Below, piece by piece: positions 41,601 to 53,649 of a DNA stretch of 64,000 nt. Source of the stretch: Eledone cirrhosa (Eukaryota); NCBI GenBank assembly GCA_964016885.1, contig OZ024740.1, positions 41,044,001 to 41,108,000 on the forward strand, written 5' to 3'. A program made the translations under genes and the position numbers. Under the pieces are notes generated by a model. The model worked only from the letters and a program-made list of their open reading frames with translations. It made no database searches and was not told the DNA's origin. Each line of letters begins with the position of its first letter. Position 1 is the stretch's first letter.

Positions 41601-44600
41601 GCAGGTGATCAAGGTAATAGTGTTGTGGTATTGTAACTGGTCAAGGTAATAGTGTTGTGGTATTGCAGGTGGTCAAGGTAATAGTGTTGTGGTATTGCAG
41701 GTGATCAAGGTAATAGTGTTGTGGTATTGTAACTGGTCAAGGTAATAGTGTTGTGGTATTGTAACTGGTCAAGGTAATAGTGTTGTGGTATTGTAACTGG
41801 TCAAGGTAATAGTGTTGTGGTATTGTAACTGGTCAAGATAATAGTGTTGTGGTATTGTAACTGGTCAAGGTAATAGTGTTGTGGTATTGTAACTGGTCAA
41901 GGTAATAGTGTTGTGGTATTGTAACTGGTCAAGGTAATAGTGTTGTGGTATTGTAACTGGTCAAGCTAATAGTGTTGTGGTATTGTAACTGGTCAAGGTA
42001 ATAGTGTTGTGGTATTGTAACTGGTCAAGGTAATAGTGTTGTGGTATTGTAACTGGTCAAGGTAATAGTGTTGTGGTATTGCAGGTGATCAAGGTAATAG
42101 TGTTGTGGTATTGTAACTGGTCAAGGTAATAGTGTTGTGGTATTGCAGGTGGTCAAGGTAATAGTGTTGTGGTATTGCAGGTGATCAAGGTAATAGTGTT
42201 GTGGTATTGTAACTGGTCAAGGTAATAGTGTTGTGGTATTGTAACTGGTCAAGGTAATAGTTTTGTGGTATTGTAACTGGTCAAGGTAATAGTGTTGTGG
42301 TATTGTAACTGGTCAAGGTAATAGTGTTGTGGTATTGTAACTGGTCAAGGTAATAGTGTTGTGGTATTGCAGGTGATCAAGGTAATAGTGTTGTGGTATT
42401 GTAACTGGTCAAGGTAATAGTGTTGTGGTATTGTAACTGGTCAAGGTAATAGTTTTGTGGTATTGTAACTGGTCAAGGTAATAGTGTTTTGGTATTGTAA
42501 CTGGTCAAGGTAATAGTGTTGTGGTATTGTAACTGGTCAAGGTAATAGTGTTGTGGTATTGTAACTGGTCAAGGTAATAGTGTTGTGGTATTGTAACTCG
42601 TCAAGCTAATAGTGTTGTGGTATTGTAACTGGTCAAGGTAATAGTGTTGTGGTATTGTAACTGGTCAAGGTAATAGTGTTGTGGTATTGTAACTGGTCAA
42701 GGTAATAGTGTTGTGGTATTGTAACTGGTCAAGGTAATAGTTTTGTGGTATTGTAACTGGTCAAGGTAATAGTGTTGTGGTATTGTAACTGGTCAAGGTA
42801 ATAGTGTTGTGGTATTGTAACTGGTCAAGCTAATAGTGTTGTGGTATTGTAACTGGTCAAGGTAATAGTGTTGTGGTATTGCAGGTGATCAAGGTAATAG
42901 TGTTGTGGTATTGTAACTGGTCAAGGTAATAGTGTTGTGGTATTGCAGGTGATCAAGGTAATAGTGTTGTGGTATTGTAACTGGTCAAGGTAATAGTGTT
43001 GTGGTATTGTAACTGGTCAAGGTAATAGTTTTGTGGTATTGTAACTGGTCAAGGTAATAGTGTTGTGGTATTGTAACTGGTCAAGGTAATAGTGTTGTGG
43101 TATTGTAACTGGTCAAGTTGATAGTATTGTGGTATTGTAACTGGTCAAGGTAATAGTGTTGTGGTATTGTAACTGGTCAAGGCAATAGTGTTGTGGTATT
43201 GCAGGTAGTCAAGGTAATAGTGTTGTGGTATTGTAACTGGTCAAGGTAATAGTTTTGTGGTATTGTAACTGGTCAAGGTAATAGTGTTGTGGTATTGCAG
43301 GTGGTCAAGGTAATAGTGTTGTGGTATTGTAACTGGTCAAGGTAATAGTGTTGTGGTATTGTAACTGGTCAAGGTAATAGTTTTGTGGTATTGTAACTGG
43401 TCAAGGTAATAGTGTTGTGGTATTGTAACTGGTCAAGGTAATAGTTTTGTGGTATTGCAGGTGATCAAGGTAATAGTGTTGTGGTATTGTAACTGGTCAA
43501 GGTAATATTGTGGTATTGTAACTGGTCAAGGTAATAGTGTTGTGGTATTGTAACTGGTCAAGGTAATAGTGTTGTGGTATTGTAACTGGTCAAGGTAATA
43601 GTGTTGTGGTATTGTAACTGGTCAAGGTAATAGTGTTGTGGTATTGTAACTGGTCAAGGTAATAGTGTTGTGGTATTGTAACTGGTCAAGGTAATAGTGT
43701 TGTGGTATTGCAGGTAGTCAAGGTAATAGTGTTGTGGTATTGTAACTGGTCAAGGTAATAGTTTTGTGGTATTGTAACTGGTCAAGGTAATAGTGTTGTG
43801 GTATTGCAGGTGGTCAAGGTAATAGTGTTGTGGTATTGTAACTGGTCAAGGTAATAGTGTTGTGGTATTGTAACTGGTCAAGGTAATAGTGTTGTGGTAT
43901 TGTAACTGGTCAATGTAATAGTGTTGTGGTATTGCAGGTGGTCAAGGTAATAGTGTTGTGGTATTGTAACTGGTCAAGGTAATAGTGTTGTGGTATTGTA
44001 ACTGGTCATGGTAATAGTGTTGTGGTATTGTAACTGGTCAATGTAATAGTGTTGTGGTATTGTAACTGGTCAAGGTAATAGTGTTGTGGTATTGCAGGTG
44101 ATCAAGGTAATAGTGTTGTGGTATTGCAGGTAGTCAAGGTAATAGTGTTGTGGTATTGTAACTGGTCAAGGTAATAGTGTTGTGGTATTGCAGGTAGTCA
44201 AGGTAATAGTGTTGTGGTATTGTAACTGGTCAAGGTAATAGTGTTGTGGTATTGTAACTGGTCAAGGTAATAGTGTTGTGGTATTGCAGGTGGTCAAGGT
44301 AATAGTGTTGTGGTATTGTAACTGGTCAAGGTAATAGTGTTGTGGTATTGTAACTGGTCAAGGTAATAGTGTTGTGGTATTGTAACTGGTCAAGGTAATA
44401 GTGTTGTGGTATTGTAACTGGTCAAGGTAATAGTGTTGTGGTATTGTAACTGGTCAAGGTAATAGTGTTGTGGTATTGCAGGTGGTCAAGGTAATAGTGT
44501 TGTGGTATTGTAACTGGTCAAGTTGATAGTGTTGTGGTATTGTAACTGGTCAAGGTAATAGTGTTGTGGTATTGTAACTGGTCAAGGTAATAGTGTTGTG

Positions 44601-45140
44601 GTATTGCAGGTGGTCAAGGTAATAGTGTTGTGGTATTGCAGGTGATCAAGGTAATAGTGTTGTGGTATTGTAACTGGTCAAGGTAATAGTGTTGTGGTAT
44701 TGCAGGTGGTCAAGGTAATAGTGTTGTGGTATTGCAGGTGGTCAAGGTAATAGTGTTGTGGTATTGCAGGTAGTCAAGGTAATAGTGTTGTGGTATTGTA
44801 ACTGGTCAAGGTAATAGTGTTGTGGTATTGTAACTGGTCAAGGTAATAGTGTTGTGGTATTGCAGGTGATCAAGGTAATAGTCTTGTGGTATTGTAACTG
44901 GTCAAGGTAATAGTGTTGTGGTATTGCAGGTGATCAAGGTAATAGTCTTGTGGTATTGTAACTGGTCAAGGTAATAGTGTTGTGGTATTGCAGGTGATCA
45001 AGGTAATAGTGTTGTGGTATTGTAACTGGTCAAGGTAATAGTGTTGTGGTATTGTAACTGGTCAAGGTAATAGTGTTGTGGTATTGTAACTGGTCAAGTT
45101 GATAGTGTTGTGGTATTGTAACTGGTCAAGTTGATAGTAC
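35640..45140. repeat. 32-bp tandem satellite (GTAACTGGTCAAGGTAATAGTGTTGTGGTATT), about 297 copies, intronic
   Basis: Unit and 32-bp period read directly; a second unit type has GCAGGTG(A/G)TC in place of GTAACTGGTC. Confidence 0.99.
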
Positions 45141-45305
45141 TGGGGTCAGAAGCTGAACTATTGTGAGACCACACCTTATCATTAGTACTGTCCTGTGTTG
45201 GTAGCAAAGATACATAACTTCCAATGATCCAATCTCTGTATGTACAAAGGTTGAATCAACTTTCCTCCTCACCTTAAATGTGCTGACTTTGTGTCTAAAT
45301 TAGAA

Positions 45306-45497
45306 TTGGCAGTATCGGTAGAGGGTCGGACGCCATGCTTTCTAGCATAGTTACGTCCCTTTACGATCTGAGTTCAAATCCCGCCGAGGTTGACTTTGCC
45401 TTTCATCCTTACGGGGTCGATAAAATAAAGTACCAGTAATGCACTGGGTAATTGCTGGCCTTGTGCCTAAAGTAGAAACAATTATTATTATTATTAT
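45306..45497 (+). mobile_element. SINE with (ATT)n tail abutting the next 3' splice site
   Basis: B box GAGTTCAAATCC, core GACTTTGCCTTTCATCCTTACGGGGTCGATAAAATAAAGTACCAGT, tail ATTATTATTATT. Confidence 0.85.
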
Positions 45498-45528
45498 TTT
45501 TTATTTTTTTTCAAATTTTCTTTTGAAG

Positions 45529-45730
45529 GCCTCTTGGCAGCATGATGAAATCCCTAACTCACAATATCGCTGTTCAACCAGGTGGTGGAAGAATTCTGAA
45601 TTCCTCTGCACCATCATCGTTATCCTCACCACCACAGTTCCACAATAATTCAGCTTTATCTAATTGTGCTCCACCAAATAACGATACATATTCAACAGCA
45701 TTTTCTCCAGTGACATATCCCCCTTCTGAA
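45529..45730 (+). CDS. DESI1: DESI1-like exon (TPLGSMMKSLTHNIAVQPGGG plus Ser/Pro/Asn-rich linker)
   Basis: ttttgaag|G...GAA|gtaagt. TPLGSMMKSL...IAVQP parallels the DESI1 segment TPFGQALRPLLDSIQIQP. Phases fit (2 to 0). Confidence 0.9.
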
Positions 45731-46199
45731 GTAAGTAATTCATCAAACTATTTAAAAATTCTCAGCTGTGTATCTTTATTCTAAAGTCTAAAGGAAGGCT
45801 ATCAGAAGCAGAACTGTTTGTTTGACATCTAAAAACCTTCTCAATAGTATCAGTTGTAAGGAAGTTTAACAGATGCAGAACTGTCCTTTTGACTACTGAA
45901 AAACATCCTTAGTGGAATTAGGTGTAAAGAAAAGCTACCAGAAGCAGAACTGTCACTTTGGTTTATATTCTAGCCATGTTTTGTTTGTGCTCTGAAAATA
46001 ATATTTTGTTGACTAAAGTCTCGAGTGTAATAGAATCTTTAAATGTTTCTGTAATCATATCTGAACAATAATAAATATTTGAATAAAGCAATTCAATGAG
46101 ATTTTCTAGCTGTGGTGCATGTTTTTCTTAATATTATTGTGATACTTGCTCTCCTCATTCAAGTGGTTACTTCTGTATTAGTGACCGTGTCACAAGCAA

Positions 46200-47457
46200 C
46201 AATATACCTCTTCATAATCATTGAATGGTCAGCACTTCATATTCTCTTAGAGCAGTTCTGATCACTTCAATGTGTGTGGTACTCGACACTACAAAGGATG
46301 ACATCGTCTGCATAAGCTGACACAGATCTCCCATGTCCTAGTTCATGCAGAATGCTCCGCAACATCTATTATTTACGGTAGTGGCTTAAGAGTCAATACA
46401 TACAACAGAGAGGGGACAGCCTTGGCTGACTGAGCACATGAGGTTGAAGGGTTCCACTCTAACCACAGAGCAGATGTCTCTGTGCATAGCAACAATCCAC
46501 TCTCTGAAAACAGACCCAAAGCCTGCTATTTTTTGGGCGGCGTCCAGATACCAATGGTCAACCCTATTGAATGCTTTCAATTGATGTAAGTTGATCAATG
46601 CCCCACCTGTGCCTAGTTCCTTAGCCACCCTCTCTATGATGTATCGCATAAGGTGGAGGTTGTTGTGGATGTATCTCTTTTGAATGGCACATGTCTGCGC
46701 CTCCTCTACCAGACCACCGATGACAAGTGCCAACCTCGTTGCTAACACCTTGGCCAAAATTTGGAACTCTGCATTTAATAGTTATAAGCCTAAAATTATT
46801 GATAAAATCCCATTTGTTTGGGTCCTTTCTCAGCAGTGCCATTGCTCCTCGTTTCACAGAACTGAGAATTCTCCCATTCTGTTGCTAGTTGCAGTAGATG
46901 TCTGCCAAGATGTCGCTGAACAATTGTGGTATGTGAACGTAAAGCTTGTAGGGCAGACAATCCAAACTGAGCGATTTACTACTCATGCAGCCAGTCATTC
47001 CTTCCCATATTTCGGCAGCTGTTATTGGCTTTTCACAACACTTTTTCTATTGCTACAGTTTCGCTAAACCTTATCGATTTTACTCTAATCGCCCGTTTCA
47101 GGGCATACCACCACTTGCCATCAACGCCTGCTTAACTAATTTACTAATTTGGTCTCTGAAGGCTTTGTGTGTTGGGAATGAGGTGTTCAGCTTCCAGTAA
47201 CTGGGTCCTTGGCTATGGAGCCTATCTAGATGTACCACACATATAAAAAATTTGGAGTCTGTGTATTTGACTATTTTAAATTGTGGACAACCTATGCTAT
47301 CCTTTTCTACTTCCCTATCTAGATATGATGTGGATGATTCAATGCAGTTAGTCTGTGTACATCGGTGCATTCTGGAAATCCAGTTTGTATCTGTCAGACA
47401 GTTGGAAACGTCTGACCAGGCTTGCAAAGCTTTTACATCCTCCTTCTCTATCCGCTA
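46200..47457 (-). mobile_element. Degenerate L1/Tx1-clade LINE ORF2 fragment
   Basis: Frameshifted motifs GPSYWKLNTS, NFRLIT, AKVLATRL, IHNNLHLMR, KAFNRVDH and VSQGCPLS. Confidence 0.8.
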
Positions 47458-47469
47458 GTCCCACACACT

Positions 47470-48235
47470 CCCAGCACCCACTGAGACTAAAGAGCAAGAT
47501 GTTCCTAGAAAGGTTTCCAGGCTCTGGAAGAAATTACCAGAAGTATATAATGAAACAAAGCACTATAAGTAACTGTAGAATATGTGGAGATAGGGAAGAA
47601 ACAATCAAGCACATAGTCTCTGGGTGCCCATCACTAGCCAAAAAAGAATATATCCACAGGTAGGATAGAGTTGGGACCTTCATACACTGGAAATTATGCC
47701 AGCATTATGAATTACCAACAGAAAAAAGATGGTACAAACACACACCAGAAAAAGTGTCAGAGAATGACAAACCAACCATTCTCTCTGGGATATTCCAATA
47801 CATACAGACAAAGAGATCAAGCCCAACTGACCAGATATTATAGTCAAAGACCACAAAGAAAAAAATGCCTTCTAATAGATGTGTCTATCCCCACAAACTA
47901 CAATATATCTTCCAAGGAAATAGAGAAACTCTCCAAATATCTATCTAGAGATAGCACAGCATCTCTCCACTTGTCACGGTCCTTTGTCATCTCCTCGGTG
48001 AGTTTCAGCGATCTGAGGTCTACTCTCACCACCTCCGCCCAGGACTCACAAATATATACAGCATACAAAAGATAGCACTACTAGGCACTGCACGCATATT
48101 ACAAAAAGTACTATCAATACAATAGAAACAACATCAGCAAAAACTACACTACTCATACTCATGACGCACAGAACTGTGCTCGGTAAAGCAGTAATGATGT
48201 GCAATAAAAATAATAATGGAAATAATAATAATAAT
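47470..48235 (+). mobile_element. 3' fragment of an RLE-encoding non-LTR element (R4/Dong-like) with (TAA)n tail
   Basis: CCHC knuckle CRICGDREETIKHIVSGC, then WYKHTPEK, WDIPIHTD, PDIIVKD, LIDVSIP, KEIEKLSKY and terminal IQKIALLGTARIL; AAT-repeat tail. Confidence 0.85.
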
Positions 48236-48257
48236 GGAATTTTTTTTAATTTTTCAG

Positions 48258-48396
48258 TCCTTTCCTGAAAGCCAGAGATTATTTTCTACAACACTTGATG
48301 AAACTGAAATGAAACTTCTAGAAGATGTCTTTAAGTATTTAGCCAGTAGTTCTTCTTCAAGTCACAGCATTGGCAAGACACATTTGAAAATGTTGG
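48258..48396 (+). CDS. DESI1: DESI1-like exon (SFPESQRLFSTTLDETEMKLLEDVFKYL...KML)
   Basis: ttttcag|TCC...TTGG|gtaagt; open frame, phase 0 to 1. Confidence 0.85.
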
Positions 48397-48601
48397 GTAA
48401 GTCAGTGTTTGGAAATGCTTTAGTTTCAAAATTGTGACCCAATCTTTATATATCACCTGTATTTGTCAGTGTTTACATCTCATTTATTCTACTTTCATTT
48501 CTCACATTTCAACTTTACTTCAACTCCTCCCCATTTCTTACAAAATTTAATATTCCTCCATTTAACATAATTTTTCTCTTCCTAGTTTTCACACATTCCA
48601 G

Positions 48602-49062
48602 TCATCATCATCATCATTTAACATCCACTTTCCTTGCTAGCAAGAGTTGGACAGGTCTTCACAGACAAAGTCTGTACTGAAGCGGAGCTACTGACCTCCC
48701 AGACAGGCCGAATGTCTGCATTTCGCTTACATATGATTCCACATTCTACCAAGTGTCTATTATTGTGGCACCAGCACTAAAGAGGTTGTCATGATTGTGA
48801 CGCAACTGGAGGGTCCTCGCAACCTTTTGTTTGGAAAGCTAGATGCCTTTCCTATAACCAACCACTTTACAGCATGTACAGGGTGCTTTTATCATGTTGA
48901 TCACCAACACTAGGGAGGTTGTCATGTCTTTGACATAACTGGAGGATTCTCCCAACCTTTTGTTTGGCAAGTCTTCTATGGCTAGATCCTATCACCAACC
49001 ACTTTACGGCATGTACTAAGAGGTTGTCAGGTCCTTAACACAGCTGGAGGGTCCTCCAGCCT
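48602..49062 (-). mobile_element. Old RTE-tail-type element with internal tandem duplication
   Basis: (CAT)n tail followed by TTTAACATCCAC; the GAGGTTGTCA...CTGGAGG module occurs three times and ACCAACCACTTTAC twice. Confidence 0.6.
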
Positions 49063-50316
49063 CATTACTTAAACATAATTTCCTTGTTCACGCATTCCAT
49101 CTTCAGTTAGGATCGAAGAAGTTTCTATTTGCTAGAATTAATAACTAAATCTATCTAAATTTTTACCACATTCTATTGTGTTAAGAATACATTGGTTAAT
49201 AATATATAGTGTCAAAAATAAAAGCTGATTCCAACTGAAAATCCTTTGATCAAAGGTCTGTTTGTATAGAACCTTCCTGACGATAGACTGAAACAACAAC
49301 AAAGTCTACCTCCATCTTTTCACATCCTCCACCCTTCAATTGTCATATATTTCACCCCAATACAACTTATTTCTATTCTGTTAGTTTGACTCTAGTCCAC
49401 TTCTCCACATTAAACTTTTTTTTACTTTTTTTTTTACAAATTTATAAGCTGGTTTGTATGAGCCATGGTCACCTGATCTGACTTGTCTCCTGATGGGCAA
49501 CTTATCTAACTCGTGTTAGTGTGGAAAACGGTAATAGATGTTAAATGGTAACGATGATGTTATAAATTATTTCAATATACTATTTGTTATAAGACCCAGT
49601 TTGTTTAGATTTTTTTGTAGAAGAGGGTGAGGGGTGGTAGCGGCAAGAGAAGTGGAGAAGGTCCTATGAGAAGGAACCATCTCCAAATGGTTTGGCTTGA
49701 TCCCCAAGCGAGACTAACCGAGCTCATGGATGTTCTGCTAGAGAATGGGTCACAGGTAATAGATAACAATTCAGCCACCAGATATGATTATTAGATACGA
49801 TACATGTGGGCTCCTCCAGGATGAATAAATAGCCCCAGATCAAACAGTGGTAGGAAGATGGAGGAATGGTGGTGGACACTGTTAGCTCTCAAGAAACCTC
49901 TCACAACCCAGTGACGTAGTTATGACAAGGCGTGTAATGGCCACCTTTTAAACAGCCTAGTTTTTATGGGTCTGAAAAAAATTACGTGATTAATATGAAT
50001 AAGACCACCAAAAACTACAATATGGTCAGATTCAATAAAAGCAACTATACAGCATTGTCTTTCATGTATGATAATAAGGGATGCATTCAGGCATTAGTTT
50101 CAGGGGCCTGTCCATAAAATATATTGCAGTCTCTATCTAATTCCCAAAAGACTAGTGAGGAGCTTGTGGTCTGTCTTCGGTGTGGGATGGAGGCACACAG
50201 TTGCATATCCTGAAACCTCAACAAGGGTTCAGAAATGAGCAAAAGTTAACAGTTGGTAATAACTGATGTTACTACCAGTAATCACTAAAATTAACTGTTG
50301 TTTATCTCCATTTTAG

Positions 50317-50507
50317 TAAGATTAGTGACCAGAAAGAATGTTGGTAATAGCGCTATCAAATGTGGAGCAGTGTCCTTACTACAGGAACTTGCAACCAAGA
50401 GGAATATAGTTGAAGAACTCCAGAAAGACGAAGACCATATGATAGCATCTCTATTACAGGAATTTAGCTCCCTACCTCTTGAAATTATGGTAGCTATCCT
50501 TAAGTTG
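50317..50507 (+). CDS. DESI1: DESI1-like exon (VRLVTRKNVG...IMVAILKL)
   Basis: ttttag|TA...TTG|gtaagt; open frame, phase 1 to 0. Confidence 0.85.
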
Positions 50508-50749
50508 GTAAGTACAGCTTTTATACTCTGTTGTTTTATATCTGTTACATTTTCTGAAAGTTGCAAACAATGGCCATTGTTATTAAACCATTTGTTTCTG
50601 TAATTAATGTCACCAAAGTGTATCAAGTTGTCACTGATTCTATTGACTAAGGTTGAATGGTTGCTGGTAATGTAAATCTATGAAGTCTTTGTAGAGCCAC
50701 TGAATAATTGCTCCTGAGGATGTGGTTGTATTAAACATAGTAAATGAGA

Positions 50750-51135
50750 CAAATTGACATAATTTAAGAGACCAACAATTTGGGTTCCTGGAAAGAGATC
50801 ATAGATGATGCCATATTTGTATTGTGACACAGGGTGGAAGACATTTAGGGAACTGCTACCCCTGCTAACAACAAAAGGTTGGCTGTATGATGCCTGGTAG
50901 TGAAGGCAGAGGACATGCAAAGGCTGGAGAGAAATGAAGCAAGCATGCTTTGATGGATGTGCAATGTTAATGTACTGGAATGACAAAGCATTGATGAACT
51001 GGGAGATAAACTGGGTATAAGACGAATCAAATGTGTGCTGGAGACGAGACTGTAATTGTAAGGACATGTGGTGCACATAGATGATGATAGCTAGGTGAAG
51101 AAGTGGAACAATGGATGTAAAATGATGATGATGAG
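50750..51135 (+). mobile_element. Heavily deleted RTE 3' relic
   Basis: Residual ELLPLL, LYDA and EDMQRLERNEASML motifs; (GAT)n tail. Confidence 0.7.
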
Positions 51136-51169
51136 GAATTAAAAACACCTTTGAATATATATATAAACT

Positions 51170-51620
51170 GCAGCTGTTAACTTTGTCAACTCCCAGAAAT
51201 ATTTTGATACTATAAACATAAATGTTATGTGGAAAAAATGGTCAGAAGTTATGGAATACCAGGAAAATTAACGAACATATGAAGCCAATGTATATAAACT
51301 TTAATTGTTGTGTAGTGGTAAGAAAGTGGTAAGAAACTCTCAGGAGAGCTGGACAGCACATAGTTTTCAGAGAAGAAACCCATCTCTCATGCATGTGTTT
51401 TGGTCGTTAACTTCTAAAAGAAAAAAGTAAAGGACCAAAGTACTTGTGTACATATTAACGAGGGATTGACTGCTTTCTGTTGAAACTGATGTTAGACAAG
51501 GCAGTGTCGTGTCTCATTCCTCCATTCTTGTCTTGGTATAGATTTTTGACTGAAGCAGGTTGATTGAAAAGGATGTAGACTTATATTGGACAATGACATG
51601 GTGTTATATAATTTTATTGA
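51170..51620 (+). mobile_element. Ancient LINE reverse-transcriptase relic
   Basis: Broken motifs NFVNSQKYFDTI, YGIPGKL and VRQGSVVS. Confidence 0.5.
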
Positions 51621-52428
51621 TGTTATTAGATTAATAGGAAAAGATGAAAAAAGTTAGCAAAGATGTTTAGACTTTGTAATGGAAGGGGTGAGAGAAAAGG
51701 GTGCAGGGATGAGGTGGAGAATTGAGGAGTAATGTAGAAGGGGTGATGGGTGAATGTACTGTTTAATTACAGTTATTTGCAGGGCTATCAAGTTCTTGGT
51801 TACTTCCACTTTCCATCTCTGACAGAGGCCATAAAATCTCCACCTTCTACCCTTTCCCTCTATCTCTCCTTCTCCCTTTCCCTCTCCTCCTCCCTCTCTC
51901 ACTCACACACATTCTGTTGTGTTGTCATACAACATATGTAGGTACAGAGACATTGCTATCATGCTTTATCATTGGTTATTCAAAAGATGGTTATCGTTAA
52001 TTGTATTGATTTTGATGGTGTTGGTGGTGTTGGTTTTGATATTGGTGGTGATAATGTCGGTGTTGTTGTTATTGGTAGTAGTAGAAGTGGTGTTGTTTTG
52101 GTGTTGGTTGTATTTGGGGTTGGTGATGATGATGATTTAATCCAACCCAAGCCAGCATGGACACTGACGTAAAACTGATGATGATAATGATGTCTATCTA
52201 TATGCCTGCTAAGTGATGATGATATTATATGTAAGGGGAATAAATCCAGACAAGCTTAAAAAATATTTAGATTCTGTCCTAGAGTTTAATGACACTAAGA
52301 CAAATGGTCACAATTTAAAAGTAAATGAAGCAGTTTGAGTTTAACATCCACGCAGTAATACAGAAGACCCGACTTCCCACGGGTACAAGTCGAAGCTGAA
52401 GCATATAGACAATATGCCCCCACACCCT

Positions 52429-52693
52429 CCCACTGCAAAGTGGTCGTAGAGGTGCCACTGCAAAAAAGCACCCAGCCCACACTGTAAAGTGGTCATGTAG
52501 GTGCCACGGAAAAAAAAACACCCAGCACTCACTGTAAATGAGGTTGGTGTTAGGAAGGGCATCCAGCTGTAGAAATCAAGCCAGAATCAGTTCCTGTATG
52601 AGCGAGACAAGGTCAGCCGATTGGACACTGCCCACAACAAGACAACCCGTCTAACCCATGCTAGCATGGAAGAACGGACGTAAAACGGTGATA
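52429..52693 (+). mobile_element. Short element carrying the RTE-type 3' tail
   Basis: GGTTGGTGTTAGGAAGGGCATCCAGCTGTAGAAATCAAGCCAGAATCAGTTCC...CCATGCTAGCATGG...GGACGTAAAAC; inverted relative to 31990-32156. Confidence 0.8.
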
Positions 52694-52924
52694 ACACATT
52701 AGATTAAATACCTTACACCTTTAAACAATTTAGTTTTGATTTCCTTGTTCCAAGTTCAAATCCCACCATGGGAATCTATTTTAACATTTATCCTTCTAGT
52801 TCCTCAGAGTTTAATCAATTGAAATTGCCAATCCTCTATAAATCTGTAGCCTTGTTGGGCTTGTTTCAATGTAATATATTTTAATGAAGTTATTAATTTT
52901 TGTTACTGTTTTCTTTTATCTTAA

Positions 52925-53144
52925 CCCTTTAGCATTTAAACCGGCCATATCTGGCCAGAATTCTCTCCCCTTTTTATGTTCAAAGAGACCATAACCAGCC
53001 ACTCATACCGATGTTAAGGTATTGTTCTCAAAATAAATAATATCAAAATCTCATAGATTCGATATTATGTGAGATATCATGTGAGATAAAGTGTTTACCA
53101 TGAAAATACAATAGTAAATATAGAGTAATGTAAATGCTAAAGGG
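52925..53144. mobile_element. piggyBac-type MITE
   Basis: TIRs CCCTTTAGCATTTA / TAAATGCTAAAGGG flanked by TTAA (52921-52924 and 53145-53148). Confidence 0.9.
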
Positions 53145-53181
53145 TTAATTTATTTTAATTTATGTTTATTTATTTATGTAG

Positions 53182-53421
53182 ATCACCAACTTGTCTTCTT
53201 CTGAAGCTGGTCTACACTATTTAACATCTGCTGAGCATCAAGTAGACTCAACGAAAGCACCAGGCAACTGTGGGAGTGACAATCTCAGCAGTGGGTATGC
53301 CAGTGCAACCCCTTCATATCTGTCATTAACAGGTGAAGCTGTTGTCAATGGTCTCTTGTTGGAGCACACTCACATAAATGATGTAGCTGCTGCTGCTGTT
53401 TACAATATTCATCAGATACAG
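53182..53421 (+). CDS. DESI1: DESI1-like exon (ITNLSSSEAGLHYL...VAAAAVYNIHQIQ)
   Basis: tatgtag|ATC...CAG|gtaaca; open frame, 240 nt, phase 0 to 0. Confidence 0.85.
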
Positions 53422-53649
53422 GTAACACTTAATTCTCACCTGTTCTTATTAGTTCCTTGAGAGTGAATTTAGTAGATGGAAACTATAAAGAAGCCTGCCA
53501 TTTGTGTGTGTGTGTGTGTTTGTGTGTATTATGTGTGTTTGTGTGTATGTATCTGTGTGTATGTGTGTGTGTTTGTGTGTATGCATGTGTGTGTGTGTGA
53601 ACATATTGATACTATTTATATAGCATATAGTAAGAGCAATTAGAGTCGT

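Noticed and set aside
1-45140. CRISPR-like arrays (repeat lengths of 32-39 bp)
   Set aside because: Units are head-to-tail with no unique spacers, no cas genes are present, and the context is a eukaryotic spliced gene.
35640-45140. Telomeric repeat (G/T-rich strand bias)
   Set aside because: The unit is 32 bp with no TTAGGG-like core, and the array is internal to an intron.
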